A stretch of 64,000 nt of DNA, taken from an uncultured bacterium. Lineage in GTDB: Bacteria > Zixibacteria > MSB-5A5 > CAIYYT01. Shown here piece by piece: positions 21,380-31,005 of the stretch. Where the stretch lies: positions 384,001 to 448,000 of the forward strand of contig CAVSCK010000005.1 in the NCBI GenBank assembly GCA_963726455.1, read 5' to 3'. Every line of letters starts with the position of its first letter. The first letter of the stretch is position 1. The notes beneath the pieces were generated by a model. That model saw only the letters and a list, made by a program, of their open reading frames with translations, was not told the DNA's origin and did no database searches. A program made the translations under genes and the position numbers.

Positions 21380-21942
21380 ACCCGGGTACCCTTTCTCAAT
21401 GCGTCAGCGGCAAACTGAAATCCCTGCTCGAGCACCTTCATATTAATGTCGAGTACGCTCTGCTTCTTACCCAGCTTCTGCTGTAAGACTCTCTTGACGG
21501 TGTCGTAACCGACTACTCCCGACGCGCCGATAAACGCCCCCAGGACGGCGACGTTGGTCGCTTTGACATTTCCGGCCGCAAGCGCCAAATCGTTGGCCGG
21601 GATGCGAATTTCGGTGATATCGGTGCGATCCGTAGTCAGCATGATCAATGCGGAATTCACTATAGCCAGTCCGCCCGGCTTGATTCGGGGAATGAATTTA
21701 TCGTATGACGGCGGATTGAAAACGCATACGGCACGGGGATTGTTGATAATCGGCGAGCCGATACGTTTGTCGGAGATCACGACGGTGCAATAGGCAGTGC
21801 CGCCGCGCATTTCTGGACCGTAGGATGGCAACCAGACGGCGTTCTTGCCCTCTTCAATTCCTGAGTAGGCGAGCAACTGGCCGGCCATCATTACACCCTG
21901 GCCGCCAAAACCGGCGAAAGTGACTTCGTATTGACCCGTCAT
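21376..21942 (-). CDS. 2-oxoacid:ferredoxin oxidoreductase gamma subunit
   Basis: FAGFGGQGV, PSYGPEMRGGTA. Confidence 0.93.
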   Translation of the reverse strand: MTGQYEVTFAGFGGQGVMMAGQLLAYSGIEEGKNAVWLPSYGPEMRGGTAYCTVVISDKRIGSPIINNPRAVCVFNPPSYDKFIPRIKPGGLAIVNSALIMLTTDRTDITEIRIPANDLALAAGNVKATNVAVLGAFIGASGVVGYDTVKRVLQQKLGKKQSVLDINMKVLEQGFQFAADALRKGTRV

Positions 21943-22703
21943 TTCTGCGCCTCAGCTTCCGGCGTCTTGAAAACTCCGAGCGGATAATAGGGAGACATGT
22001 TCTTCTCCAACCAGCCGAGCGACTCGTTGGGGGTAAGTCCCCAGTTGGTCGGACAGGTTGACAGCACTTCCACCAGCGAGAAGCATTTCTTTTCGATTTG
22101 GTATTGGAACGCCCGGCGAATCGCTTTCTTGGCGCGAATGATGTTCTGCGGCGTGTGCACGGCAACGCGCTCGATGTAAGAAGGCGTTCTCAAGGACGAC
22201 AGCAATTCCGCCACCCGAATCGGCCAGCCGACCTCATCGACGTTGCGGCCTCGCGGCGAAGTTGTGGTAATCTGTCCGGGCATCGACGTCGGCGCCATCT
22301 GGCCGCCGGTCATACCGTAAATCGCGTTGTTAACAAAAATCGTCGTAAACTTTTCGCCACGGTTGGCAGCATGCACGATCTCGCCCATACCGATCGACGC
22401 CAGGTCACCATCACCTTGATAGGTAAAGACGATCAATTCCGGGCTGACGCGTTTGAGTCCGGTCGCCAGTGCCGGAGCACGGCCGTGGGGCGCTTCCAGG
22501 AAATCGGTTTGGAAATAGTTGTAGATGAAGACTCCGCAACCGACGGGGCCTACGCCAACCGTGCGTTCGCGAATATTGAATTCGTCGATCACTTCGGCGA
22601 CCAGGCGATGGATAACGCCGTGAGTGCAACCGGGGCAATAGTGGGTGACGACGTCGCGGAACGACTGCGGTCTGGTGAATACGGCATGTGTATTTTCGTT
22701 CAT
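21939..22703 (-). CDS. 2-oxoacid:ferredoxin oxidoreductase beta (TPP-binding) subunit
   Basis: HYCPGCTHG, PVGC, YQGDGDLASIG..NNAIYGMTGGQ, STCPTNW. Confidence 0.93.
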   Translation of the reverse strand: MNENTHAVFTRPQSFRDVVTHYCPGCTHGVIHRLVAEVIDEFNIRERTVGVGPVGCGVFIYNYFQTDFLEAPHGRAPALATGLKRVSPELIVFTYQGDGDLASIGMGEIVHAANRGEKFTTIFVNNAIYGMTGGQMAPTSMPGQITTTSPRGRNVDEVGWPIRVAELLSSLRTPSYIERVAVHTPQNIIRAKKAIRRAFQYQIEKKCFSLVEVLSTCPTNWGLTPNESLGWLEKNMSPYYPLGVFKTPEAEAQK

Positions 22704-22715
22704 ATCCTACTCGCT

Positions 22716-23810
22716 TCAGCCGTTCCAGCTTTTGACGGCGGGTGTCTCTTTCGCCAGAATTTTCTTGATATAGTCAATGACTTCTTCCGGGGTCGGCACA
22801 ACTCCGCCGGTGCGTCCGTAGAACTCCACCGGTTTCTTGTCCCTAACCGCCCAATCAACATCCTCGACCATCTGACCGACGCTCATCTCAACCGTCAGGA
22901 CGGCCTCGACGTTCGGCTTAACCGCCTCGGCAAAAATCTCTTTGCTCGGGAACGGGAACAAAGTGATGGGACGCAACAGCCCGACGCTGATGCCTTCGGG
23001 TTCGAGATCGTCAATGACAGTTTGGCAGATGCGCGCCATCGTGCCGTAAGACACGATCAATATCCGGTTCTTGTTACTAACTTTGTATTTTTCCATCCGG
23101 ACTTCATCGCGCTTCATCAGTCGGTATTTTTCAGCCAACGCGAGATTGTTCTTCTCCAGCGCTATGGGATCCAAGGCCAGTGACTTAATAATGATCGGTG
23201 CGCGGCCTTTCGCGCCGGTGGTTGCCCATGTACGAGGAGGTAACGGCTCTTCTTCGAATTTCTCCGGAAACTCGACCGGCTCCATCATCTGTCCGATCAT
23301 GCCGTCGCCGAGCACCATTACCGGATTGCGATATTTCTCGGCAAGATGAAACGCCATCATGGTGAGATCGACGGCTTCCTGCAACGTGCTGGGCGCCAGA
23401 ACGAGCAAGCGATAATCGCCATGACCACCGCCCTTGGTGGCCTGGAAATAGTCTGACTGCGCCGGCAGAATGCCACCCAGACCCGGACCACCGCGCATAA
23501 TATTGATCAATACAACCGGCAGATGCGCTCCCGCCATGTATGATATCGCTTCCTGCATCAAGCTGATGCCCGGACTGGAGGACGATGTGAACACGCGTTT
23601 GCCGGACGAGGCCGCGCCGAACAGCATGTTGCCGACGGCGACTTCGCTCTCGGCCTGTACGAATGCGCCACCTACTTCAGGGAGGCGACGTGCCATGTAC
23701 TCGCCGACTTCATTTTGCGGTGTGATCGGATAAGCGAAGTAATGAATGCCGCCGGCGCGAATAGCCGCCTCGGCTATCGCTTCATTACCTTTCATCAGTA
23801 TTCGAGTCAT
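22716..23810 (-). CDS. 2-oxoacid:ferredoxin oxidoreductase alpha subunit (2-oxoisovalerate/Vor-like)
   Basis: MKGNEAIAEAA, YPITPQ, QAESE, TSSSSPGISL, RGGPGLG..QSDY..GGGHGDY. Confidence 0.93.
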   Translation of the reverse strand: MTRILMKGNEAIAEAAIRAGGIHYFAYPITPQNEVGEYMARRLPEVGGAFVQAESEVAVGNMLFGAASSGKRVFTSSSSPGISLMQEAISYMAGAHLPVVLINIMRGGPGLGGILPAQSDYFQATKGGGHGDYRLLVLAPSTLQEAVDLTMMAFHLAEKYRNPVMVLGDGMIGQMMEPVEFPEKFEEEPLPPRTWATTGAKGRAPIIIKSLALDPIALEKNNLALAEKYRLMKRDEVRMEKYKVSNKNRILIVSYGTMARICQTVIDDLEPEGISVGLLRPITLFPFPSKEIFAEAVKPNVEAVLTVEMSVGQMVEDVDWAVRDKKPVEFYGRTGGVVPTPEEVIDYIKKILAKETPAVKSWNG

Positions 23811-23827
23811 AGCAATCGACCTAACCT

Positions 23828-24061
23828 CTAATAATCATAAAGCACGTAGCGCTGTCCGTGAGTGACCACCGTAATTGCCGCGTCAGGACATACAAGTGCG
23901 CAAATCTGACATCCGATGCAGCGTGACGGGTCATGCATATAGGAGTAGAAATAACCCCGGTTGGTGATTTCCTTGGACATCGACAATATCTGCTGTGGAC
24001 AGGCCTTGACACAAAGTTCGCAACCCTTGCAGTAACCTTTATCTATGATGACACCGGGCAT
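23828..24061 (-). CDS. 2x[4Fe-4S] ferredoxin-like delta subunit
   Basis: CKGCELCVKACP and CIGCQICALVCPD. Confidence 0.9.
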   Translation of the reverse strand: MPGVIIDKGYCKGCELCVKACPQQILSMSKEITNRGYFYSYMHDPSRCIGCQICALVCPDAAITVVTHGQRYVLYDY

Positions 24062-24067
24062 AATCAG

Positions 24068-24805
24068 CTACCTCTTGAAACTTCGTAACGGGGGGCCAAA
24101 CTTGATCTTCTCTTCCCACGGTTTCAGCATTTGCCGCGACATTTCCAGAATCGGACAGTCGATTTCGTTCTCGTTCATCTTCGCCGCAACTTCGGCAACG
24201 ACGCTGACAAACACAACCGGAATTCCCGCAGCTTTGCCAACTTCCGTCGCCAGGTTATACCCGTCGACGACGGTCTCGACCGTGGTTTCACCGATCAGAT
24301 GCGTGTTGGACACGATGCCGGTGAATTGCAGTCGAGATGATGTTTCGATTTCGCGCATCATCTTGAGCGAGCCGGCGACGTCCGAAGTAAACGGCCGTCT
24401 GGCGTTGAGCACCATCAGGAATTCATAACCATCGGGAGTGAAAGCATCGACCATCGAACTCAGCACGCGCGCGCCCAAATCATCACCGCCGACATCGAGG
24501 ACGACCATGCCATCCGGACGTTCAATTTCGCCGCGAATTTCCGGAAGGATGATCGGCATATCGGCATGGCACATATCGCCGTGTGGCATGATGACGTGCA
24601 CGCCGTAAGTCTCCATCGTTTGGGCAGCTTCGCGCGAACGGAAGTAGGGATTGACAATATCGAGATCGATGATGCTGACCGCCTGGCTGTGATTGGCCTT
24701 GAGTTGCACCACATAGTTGACTGCAACTTCGGTCTTGCCGCTGCCATACGCGCCGGCAAAAATAATCACTCGCTTGTTGGGGGAAGGAAAAGATGCTTGT
24801 CTCAT
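24068..24805 (-). CDS. P-loop NTPase (CobQ/MinD/ParA-like) heading the oxidoreductase operon
   Basis: GAYGSGKTE, DLDIVNPYFRSRE, LDVGGD, NTHL; start uncertain (24805 or 24850). Confidence 0.82.
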   Translation of the reverse strand: MRQASFPSPNKRVIIFAGAYGSGKTEVAVNYVVQLKANHSQAVSIIDLDIVNPYFRSREAAQTMETYGVHVIMPHGDMCHADMPIILPEIRGEIERPDGMVVLDVGGDDLGARVLSSMVDAFTPDGYEFLMVLNARRPFTSDVAGSLKMMREIETSSRLQFTGIVSNTHLIGETTVETVVDGYNLATEVGKAAGIPVVFVSVVAEVAAKMNENEIDCPILEMSRQMLKPWEEKIKFGPPLRSFKR

Positions 24806-25160
24806 AAGCGGCCTGCTGTACGTGTTTACTTTCACGTTCAGCACCGGCAAAGGTAAATGCGACCGACAACATAGTCAAGCAGTTTCGCAGTGATATTGCG
24901 CGTTTGCGGACTGCAATTAGTCCATTGCCGATGTCGCGAAACGATCACTGCATAATGCTTGTGAGTAGTATATTCATGGCCTGGCTGAAGTATTCTGCCT
25001 TTAGACTCGATTCCGCCGAATGACTTGTAATTGGACGGTTTTGGTCAAGTATAGAGAATTCGCGGTCTAAGTCCTGAAAGGTCATAGAGGCAGCCAATTT
25101 CGACGGTTGCGAAACAAAACTGCCAAAGTCCGCGTCTTAACGGGCAAGGAGAGTTCAATT

Positions 25161-26024
25161 ATGAAAGAGATCGTTCTAATGTTTTCGTTGCTGACATTTC
25201 TCGGAGTACATGCCTTTGGCGCGCGCCTGACTACCGTTACTGAGAAGGCGACTGGCCCCGGAGTCAGAATTGTCGACGCTGAGGTTAAGCTGGCCACCGG
25301 CGAGTTCAACCTGTATAAGGAGGCGTTAGCAAAGGACGAAGTTGCCAAGCTTACAGGCGACTATGATGAAAGCGTGTACGAATACGATTACTCTTTTGAC
25401 CCTTCCGGCAAACGCGGTGATCTTTTCTTTAGTTCGGAAATCAGGAGCCGTATCCACACGAACATCGATGGGCACAATAATCGCTGGGATATCGCGTTTT
25501 CTCCCGACGTCGAGTTGCGGCTCAATGCCGACATCGGCGCCGCCAAGGCCGATCTCAATTTCGGTGATCTGGCGTTGTCGGAGTTGAAGCTCAATGTCGG
25601 CGCTGCTGAGGCCAGAGTCGATTTCCCCACTGCCAACAAAACTCCACTGAACTACTTCAAGGTGTCGGCAGGCGCCTGCGAGCTGAAGATCTATGGAATC
25701 GGAAATTCACGTTGCGATGAGTTTGAGTTCGAGGGCGGTGTCGGGAGTTTCCTGTTGGACTTCTCCGGTCAATATGAAGGACGCATGGATACCAAGATTG
25801 ATATTGGCCTTGGATCGGTGGACATCACGATCCCGGCCGATTTGGGAGTCCGCCTGGAAGCAGACGACAATTTTCTAAGTTCGGTGAATTTTCCCAAAGA
25901 CGCATTCAAGCGTGTTCACGAGGGCTCCGACATTTACGAAACGGAAAATTACGACACGGCCAAGGGTCAGATCACGTTAAGACTACACGTCGGCCTGGGC
26001 TCGGCGAATATCAAGATTCGTTGA
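25161..26024 (+). CDS. Exported 'toast-rack'/LiaG-like beta-solenoid protein
   Basis: Signal peptide; repeated GAAK/GAAE/GACE/GVGS/GLGS turns about every 24 aa; SD AAGGAG. Confidence 0.7.
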   Translation: MKEIVLMFSLLTFLGVHAFGARLTTVTEKATGPGVRIVDAEVKLATGEFNLYKEALAKDEVAKLTGDYDESVYEYDYSFDPSGKRGDLFFSSEIRSRIHTNIDGHNNRWDIAFSPDVELRLNADIGAAKADLNFGDLALSELKLNVGAAEARVDFPTANKTPLNYFKVSAGACELKIYGIGNSRCDEFEFEGGVGSFLLDFSGQYEGRMDTKIDIGLGSVDITIPADLGVRLEADDNFLSSVNFPKDAFKRVHEGSDIYETENYDTAKGQITLRLHVGLGSANIKIR

Positions 26025-26051
26025 TTCAGACGAAATTGTCGCGGCAAGAAC

Positions 26052-26987
26052 TTACGAAGCTTTGACGAACATCTGCTGAAAGGTGTCTTCCAACTCCGGA
26101 TATTGAAATTGATATCCCGATTCCAGCAGCTTTTGCGGCACCACTCGCGCCCCCGAGAGCAGCAATTCATCCGCCATTTCTCCAAATGCCAGCTTGGCGC
26201 CAACCTTTGGCAGCGCGAATATCGAAGGCCGCGACAGCGCCCTGGCCAATAATTTCGCGAAATCAGCATTAGTCACGGGATTCGGCGAGACGACATTGAC
26301 CGGTCCCGTCAGATTCGGATGCTGGACGATGTGAGTCAGCACGGCGGGGATTTCCTCAAGGGCAATCCAGCTCATTACCTGATCGCCGCGACCAATCTTG
26401 CCACCAAGTCCGAGTTTGAAAAACGGCATCATTTTGGCGACCGTGCCGCCGGATGGACTGAGCACCAGGCCAAAACGCATGTTTACGACTCGAATGGTCG
26501 CCTCCTGAGCCGGTAACGTTGCGTCCTCCCATTGGCGGCAAACGTCAGCCATAAATCCATCGCCGGTGGCGCACGTTTCGTCGAGTACCTCGCTGGCAGG
26601 GCGATTTCCATAGAAACCGATGGCTGAGGCCGCCAGCATCAATTTCGGCGGTTGCTTGAGTTTCGCGAGGGTTCTACTCAGCAGATCGGTCGAGCGCGTG
26701 CGGCTTTCAAGGATGGCTCGCTTGTGGCTATCACTCCAGTGCAAGGCATCGAGGTTCTTGCCGGCGAGATGAATTACAATGTCCTGATTCTCGATCTCGC
26801 TTGGGTAGATCATATCCTTGTCGGGATTCCACAGCGAGATTTTGTGGGCGCGGTCGGTGGGAAAGGGCTTGCGCACCAGTAGAGTCAGTTGATTGCCATT
26901 GCCGGAAAACGCGGCAGTAACGTGCCTGCCGATCATTCCGTTGGCGCCGGTAATTGCGATTCGTAGACCTTTCGTATTCTTCACCAC
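26052..26987 (-). CDS. TIGR01777/YfcH family NAD-dependent epimerase
   Basis: ITGANGMIG, HLAG, SASAIGFYG, CRQWE, GPVNVVSP, RVVPQKL. Confidence 0.92.
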   Translation of the reverse strand: MVKNTKGLRIAITGANGMIGRHVTAAFSGNGNQLTLLVRKPFPTDRAHKISLWNPDKDMIYPSEIENQDIVIHLAGKNLDALHWSDSHKRAILESRTRSTDLLSRTLAKLKQPPKLMLAASAIGFYGNRPASEVLDETCATGDGFMADVCRQWEDATLPAQEATIRVVNMRFGLVLSPSGGTVAKMMPFFKLGLGGKIGRGDQVMSWIALEEIPAVLTHIVQHPNLTGPVNVVSPNPVTNADFAKLLARALSRPSIFALPKVGAKLAFGEMADELLLSGARVVPQKLLESGYQFQYPELEDTFQQMFVKAS

Positions 26988-27094
26988 GCAATATACGCAG
27001 CAAGGCGCCCCCGCGTTCGATTGGGAATATAAAACAGCTTAAGCCGTTGTGGCGGATAACGTTGCCGAAGCAGAACTGCCTTCCGGCTCAGGAA

Positions 27095-27349
27095 TCATCG
27101 ATATTTTAGTTTGAGTAACAGGATGGCAAGGGCGATAACGAGTGAGGCAGCATTGGCGACGATGATCGGCGGGTCTTTTTTCAGCAGGCCGTAGATGAGC
27201 CAGAGGAAAATGCCGGTGCTGATCACGATATACATCGCCAGCGAGATGTCGTGAGTCGATCGCGTCTTCCAGACTTTGATGAATTGAGGCACGAAGGCAA
27301 GCGTGGTACAGGTGGCGGCAATCAGGCCGAGTACAAGGAGATAGTCCAT
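27095..27349 (-). CDS. SemiSWEET/PQ-loop transporter
   Basis: TTLAFVPQFIKVWKTRSTHDISL, WLIYG, PIIVAN; three TM helices. Confidence 0.92.
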   Translation of the reverse strand: MDYLLVLGLIAATCTTLAFVPQFIKVWKTRSTHDISLAMYIVISTGIFLWLIYGLLKKDPPIIVANAASLVIALAILLLKLKYR

Positions 27350-27547
27350 AGGAGTGACATAGTATGCCTGACACGATGTGCCGACAAGGGAAATCACCGA
27401 ACAATATCAAAATCCAAGGGAATGGCTACCGAGCACGAACACTCACACGTATCGCGCTTGACTACTCGGCAACTTAGAGCTTTATTGTTTATGATATGTC
27501 CCCTCGACCACCTGTCAGGGGTGAGGTTCAAGATTGGAGCACTCTTG

Positions 27548-28045
27548 ATGGCAAAAGCCACAGCAAAACCGTTGGTAGCAATAGTCATGGGCAGCGATTC
27601 CGACCTTGCCGTCATGAAGCAGGCAGGCGAAGCCCTCGGCAAATTCAGTATTCCTTTTCAAATGAAAGTTATCTCGGCCCATCGCACTCCAGCCGAGGCA
27701 GCCAAGTTTGCCCAGTCTGCCCGCAAGCGCGGTATCCGAGTGATCATCGCCGGCGCCGGAATGGCGGCGCATCTTGCTGGCGCTATGGCCGCCCAAACCG
27801 AGTTGCCAATCATCGGAGTGCCCCTTGCCGGTGGCGCACTGCAAGGTCAGGATGCCCTATTGGCTACCGTGCAAATGCCCAAAGGCGTTCCGGTGGCGAC
27901 GGTCGCCGTCGGTGGGGCATTTAACGCCGGTCTGCTGGCGGTGCAAATTCTTGGCGCGGCATCCGGTCAGGGCGACAAACTCCTCGACAAATTCAAAGCG
28001 TACAAAGATCAGATGCGCAAGGATGTCCTTGCCAAGAAAGTGTAG
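27548..28045 (+). CDS. purE: N5-carboxyaminoimidazole ribonucleotide mutase
   Basis: [32 protein letters not shown]. Confidence 0.97.
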   Translation: MAKATAKPLVAIVMGSDSDLAVMKQAGEALGKFSIPFQMKVISAHRTPAEAAKFAQSARKRGIRVIIAGAGMAAHLAGAMAAQTELPIIGVPLAGGALQGQDALLATVQMPKGVPVATVAVGGAFNAGLLAVQILGAASGQGDKLLDKFKAYKDQMRKDVLAKKV

Positions 28046-28183
28046 ACGCTACGCACTTGTTTTCTCGCCTCATAGGTGGTCCTAATTGACAAACCACCCA
28101 ATCGACAAAATTCGTAGTCTAGCCCCTCGTGGGCGTCCTCGAAATATCATTCCACCGTTCGATAAATGTTCAAGGAGCACCTC

Positions 28184-29617
28184 GTGAAAACCGCAACCAT
28201 TATCACTGTATTGGTCACGCTGCTTGCGACAGTTTTTCCGCTCGCGACAATCGTGGCCGCCGATCAGGGAGCCGGACTGAGTGCCGACCTGATCGATAGA
28301 TTGCGCGCTGAATATCAAAAGGATGGCAAGGATCAGGCGATGTTCAATGCCCTGACTGCAAATGATATCAACAGTCTGGCGATCAACCGCGACAAACTGA
28401 ACAAGTACAACACCATGTTCAGTAAGGAAATCAAAGCCGGCGACATAATGAATCAACAATCGACCGGACGCTGCTGGATGTTTGCCGGACTAAATACACT
28501 GCGCCCGACGGTAGTGAACAAGTACAACCTCGGCACCTTCAAGTTGTCACCCAACTACTTGTTCTTCTGGGATAAACTGGAAAAGGCGAACACCTTTCTG
28601 GAAAATATGATTGCGTTGCGCGATCGCGACATCAACGATCGCGAACTGGTGGTGCTGCTGGGCGATCCCTGCCCTGATGGCGGTTGGTGGTCCTATGTGG
28701 TCGATCTGGTCAACAAGTATGGTGTCGTACCGGAAGAGATCATGCCGGAAACGTACGCGAGTTCCAACACCGGCAGTTTCAACAGCGTCCTTAATCGCAA
28801 ATTGCGCCAGGACGCCTCAGCAATTCGCACGATGGCGAAATCAGGCAAGACCGTTGACCAGTTGCGATCTGAGAAAGGCAAGATGCTCGGTGAGGTTTAC
28901 AAAATCGTAGCGATGAATTTCGGCGAACCGCCGCAGAAATTCACCTGGCGCTATCCCGGCAAGGATTCAATCCCGACCCCGCCGCAAGAATACACGCCGC
29001 TGCAATTCTACAAGGACGTCATCGGTGTGCCGATGTCCGACATGGTCTGCTTCTTCAATTATCCGGGACAGCCGTATGGCAAACTGTACCAGATCGAAGA
29101 CAGCCGCAATCTGTTCGACCGCCAGAATATCACCTTCATCAACTTGCCGATTGACAGTCTCAAGCGTTTCGCGCTTACATCAGTGCTGGCTGATGATCCG
29201 GTCTGGTTCGCCTGCGATGTCGGCAAAAGCCAGTACGGCGCGAGTGGCAAGGGAATTATGGCGGAAGGGATTTACGACTTCAATTCGGTCTACGGCATGA
29301 ACGTCGGCCTGACCAAAGAAGAGCGCATCAAGTATCGTGACAGCGCGCCGAATCATGCGATGGTATTCACCGGAGTCGACACGACCAACGGCCAGCCGAC
29401 AAAATGGAAAGTCGAAAATAGCTGGGGCACGACGCGCGGCGACCAGGGCTGGTGGACCTTGTACGACGACTGGTTCAATGAATATATTTACATCGTCATC
29501 GTCGACAAGAAGTACCTGCCGAAGGAAGTCACCAACATTCTCGACACCAAACCGACGGTGCTCCCTGCGTGGGATCCGATGTATGATTTCGCGAGAGGAT
29601 TGACGATCGGGGAGTAG
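28184..29617 (+). CDS. pepC: Aminopeptidase C / bleomycin hydrolase (C1B), with signal peptide
   Basis: NQQSTGRCWMFA, FWDKLEKAN, DGGWW, NHAM, VENSWG, WDPM; GTG start after AAGGAG. Confidence 0.92.
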   Translation: MKTATIITVLVTLLATVFPLATIVAADQGAGLSADLIDRLRAEYQKDGKDQAMFNALTANDINSLAINRDKLNKYNTMFSKEIKAGDIMNQQSTGRCWMFAGLNTLRPTVVNKYNLGTFKLSPNYLFFWDKLEKANTFLENMIALRDRDINDRELVVLLGDPCPDGGWWSYVVDLVNKYGVVPEEIMPETYASSNTGSFNSVLNRKLRQDASAIRTMAKSGKTVDQLRSEKGKMLGEVYKIVAMNFGEPPQKFTWRYPGKDSIPTPPQEYTPLQFYKDVIGVPMSDMVCFFNYPGQPYGKLYQIEDSRNLFDRQNITFINLPIDSLKRFALTSVLADDPVWFACDVGKSQYGASGKGIMAEGIYDFNSVYGMNVGLTKEERIKYRDSAPNHAMVFTGVDTTNGQPTKWKVENSWGTTRGDQGWWTLYDDWFNEYIYIVIVDKKYLPKEVTNILDTKPTVLPAWDPMYDFARGLTIGE

Positions 29618-29654
29618 GCGCCGCGACAATCGCCGGCCCAAGTGTCGGTAATTC

Positions 29655-29891
29655 GTAGGTCGGGTTCCGAACGGTTCCCAATTCTTTCTATCGCGCTGGC
29701 GTGGCGAGTGCATTCATCAATGCATATACAAGTGAAAGATAAGTGAGTGAGAAACCCGACATTTGACTGCAACTCATGAGAGAGCGTCGGGTTTCTCGTT
29801 CCATTTTCACATAGACGTTTATCCGCAGTCAAGGGCAGGCGACTTAGCTAAGGCGGATCATGAACAAACGTGGAATCGGAACCCTACCTAC
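29655..29891 (-). mobile_element. Orphan 237-bp long-loop REP doublet (REPIN-like), inverted relative to the copies flanking the RAYT
   Basis: GTAGGTCGGGTTCCGA-78nt-GAGAAACCCGAC-25nt-GTCGGGTTTCTC-78nt-TCGGAACCCTACCTAC, between convergent genes. Confidence 0.85.
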
Positions 29892-29905
29892 TTGGCTATT
29901 ACTTT

Positions 29906-30397
29906 TTACTTTCCGCTCCGATCAATAACATAAAGCGTCAGGTAGGCAGCGATGATGTGATAGGGATTGATATTCTTGTACTTCGGGAGATAGATGCCGT
30001 GAACGGCCAACGCTCGGTAGCGAAGCGACACAATCGGAAACAGTCCGATGACCGACTCGCTGATCGACTTGCTGGAATATTGAGCCAGATGAAACCCCGC
30101 GCTCACATAACGACAGATGGGAAACTTGTACCCAACTGAGAAGTACCTGGCCGTATTTTTGAAGCTGTCTTCAAAGAAACCTCCTTCAAGAAGGAAGATC
30201 GCATACTTCTCATGAATAATGTTCATCGTCATTCCCAAACCGGGATTCGTTTCATTCAGCATCGGTTGATAGATCATCTTCTTCGCATTAAGATGTTTGC
30301 AGACGCCATAGAGATTTAACCCTAGTTCGATAGCTCGCGATTGCGACGCGAGAAACAGCAGAATAAGAACGGTTGCAATTGAACTTCGCGCAAGCAT
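29906..30397 (-). CDS. Exported beta-strand protein, possibly a PagP-like small beta-barrel
   Basis: Signal peptide (SRA/IE); H..NETNPGLG..GFFEDS pattern; alternating hydrophobic strands; SD GGAGG. Confidence 0.55.
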   Translation of the reverse strand: MLARSSIATVLILLFLASQSRAIELGLNLYGVCKHLNAKKMIYQPMLNETNPGLGMTMNIIHEKYAIFLLEGGFFEDSFKNTARYFSVGYKFPICRYVSAGFHLAQYSSKSISESVIGLFPIVSLRYRALAVHGIYLPKYKNINPYHIIAAYLTLYVIDRSGK

Positions 30398-30511
30398 TTC
30401 AGTAACCTCCCCTACGCCAAAATGATTTAAAGTCATTGCGAGCATACACAAGACACTCGATTTATGCAAGCATTAATCGGCATCTCGCGGCGGGAAGTCG
30501 GAGAATTCCCC

Positions 30512-30853
30512 CTACCCCACATTCGGGTTTACCCGGAAATCCTTTTCTTCCTTCAGGGTAAAGCGGATGACCGTTCGCAGGCCGACACGGATCAGGTCGT
30601 TGTCCTTGAGGAGGGATTGTTCGGCCTTGACGCCGTTGATGGTCGAACCGTTGCGGGAAAGGTTGGAGAACAGAAAGGTGTCGCCGCGCCGAATGACGGC
30701 AAAATGCTCCCGGCTGATCGCAGAATCTTCGTCGGAGAGGATAAAATCGCATTTTTCCTCAGAGCGGCCGACCCGAATCTGTACGGCATCAGTAGTAAAC
30801 TGGCGTCCCTTGTCCGGGCCTTCCTCGACTATCAGTAACGGCTTGAGCGACAT
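30512..30853 (-). CDS. Stand-alone FHA domain protein
   Basis: VGR..ISREH..SRNGSTING..LKDNDLIRVG. Confidence 0.88.
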   Translation of the reverse strand: MSLKPLLIVEEGPDKGRQFTTDAVQIRVGRSEEKCDFILSDEDSAISREHFAVIRRGDTFLFSNLSRNGSTINGVKAEQSLLKDNDLIRVGLRTVIRFTLKEEKDFRVNPNVG

Positions 30854-31005
30854 ACGCGCGTATGGTAATCAGGTTGCGGCTGGAAATCAACGGATTTGTG
30901 CCGCAATCGCTGAGGTTGGGTATCGGCTGCCCGCAAAAGCTTGACGGCGTCTTTGCCGATCTATGGTATGGACACGATATTGACGTTGAAGGGAGGTTCC
31001 GACAG

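Noticed and set aside
29655-29891. Classical MITE derived from a DDE insertion sequence
   Set aside because: No target-site duplication on any of the three copies; the GTAG ends and the HUH gene point to REP biology.
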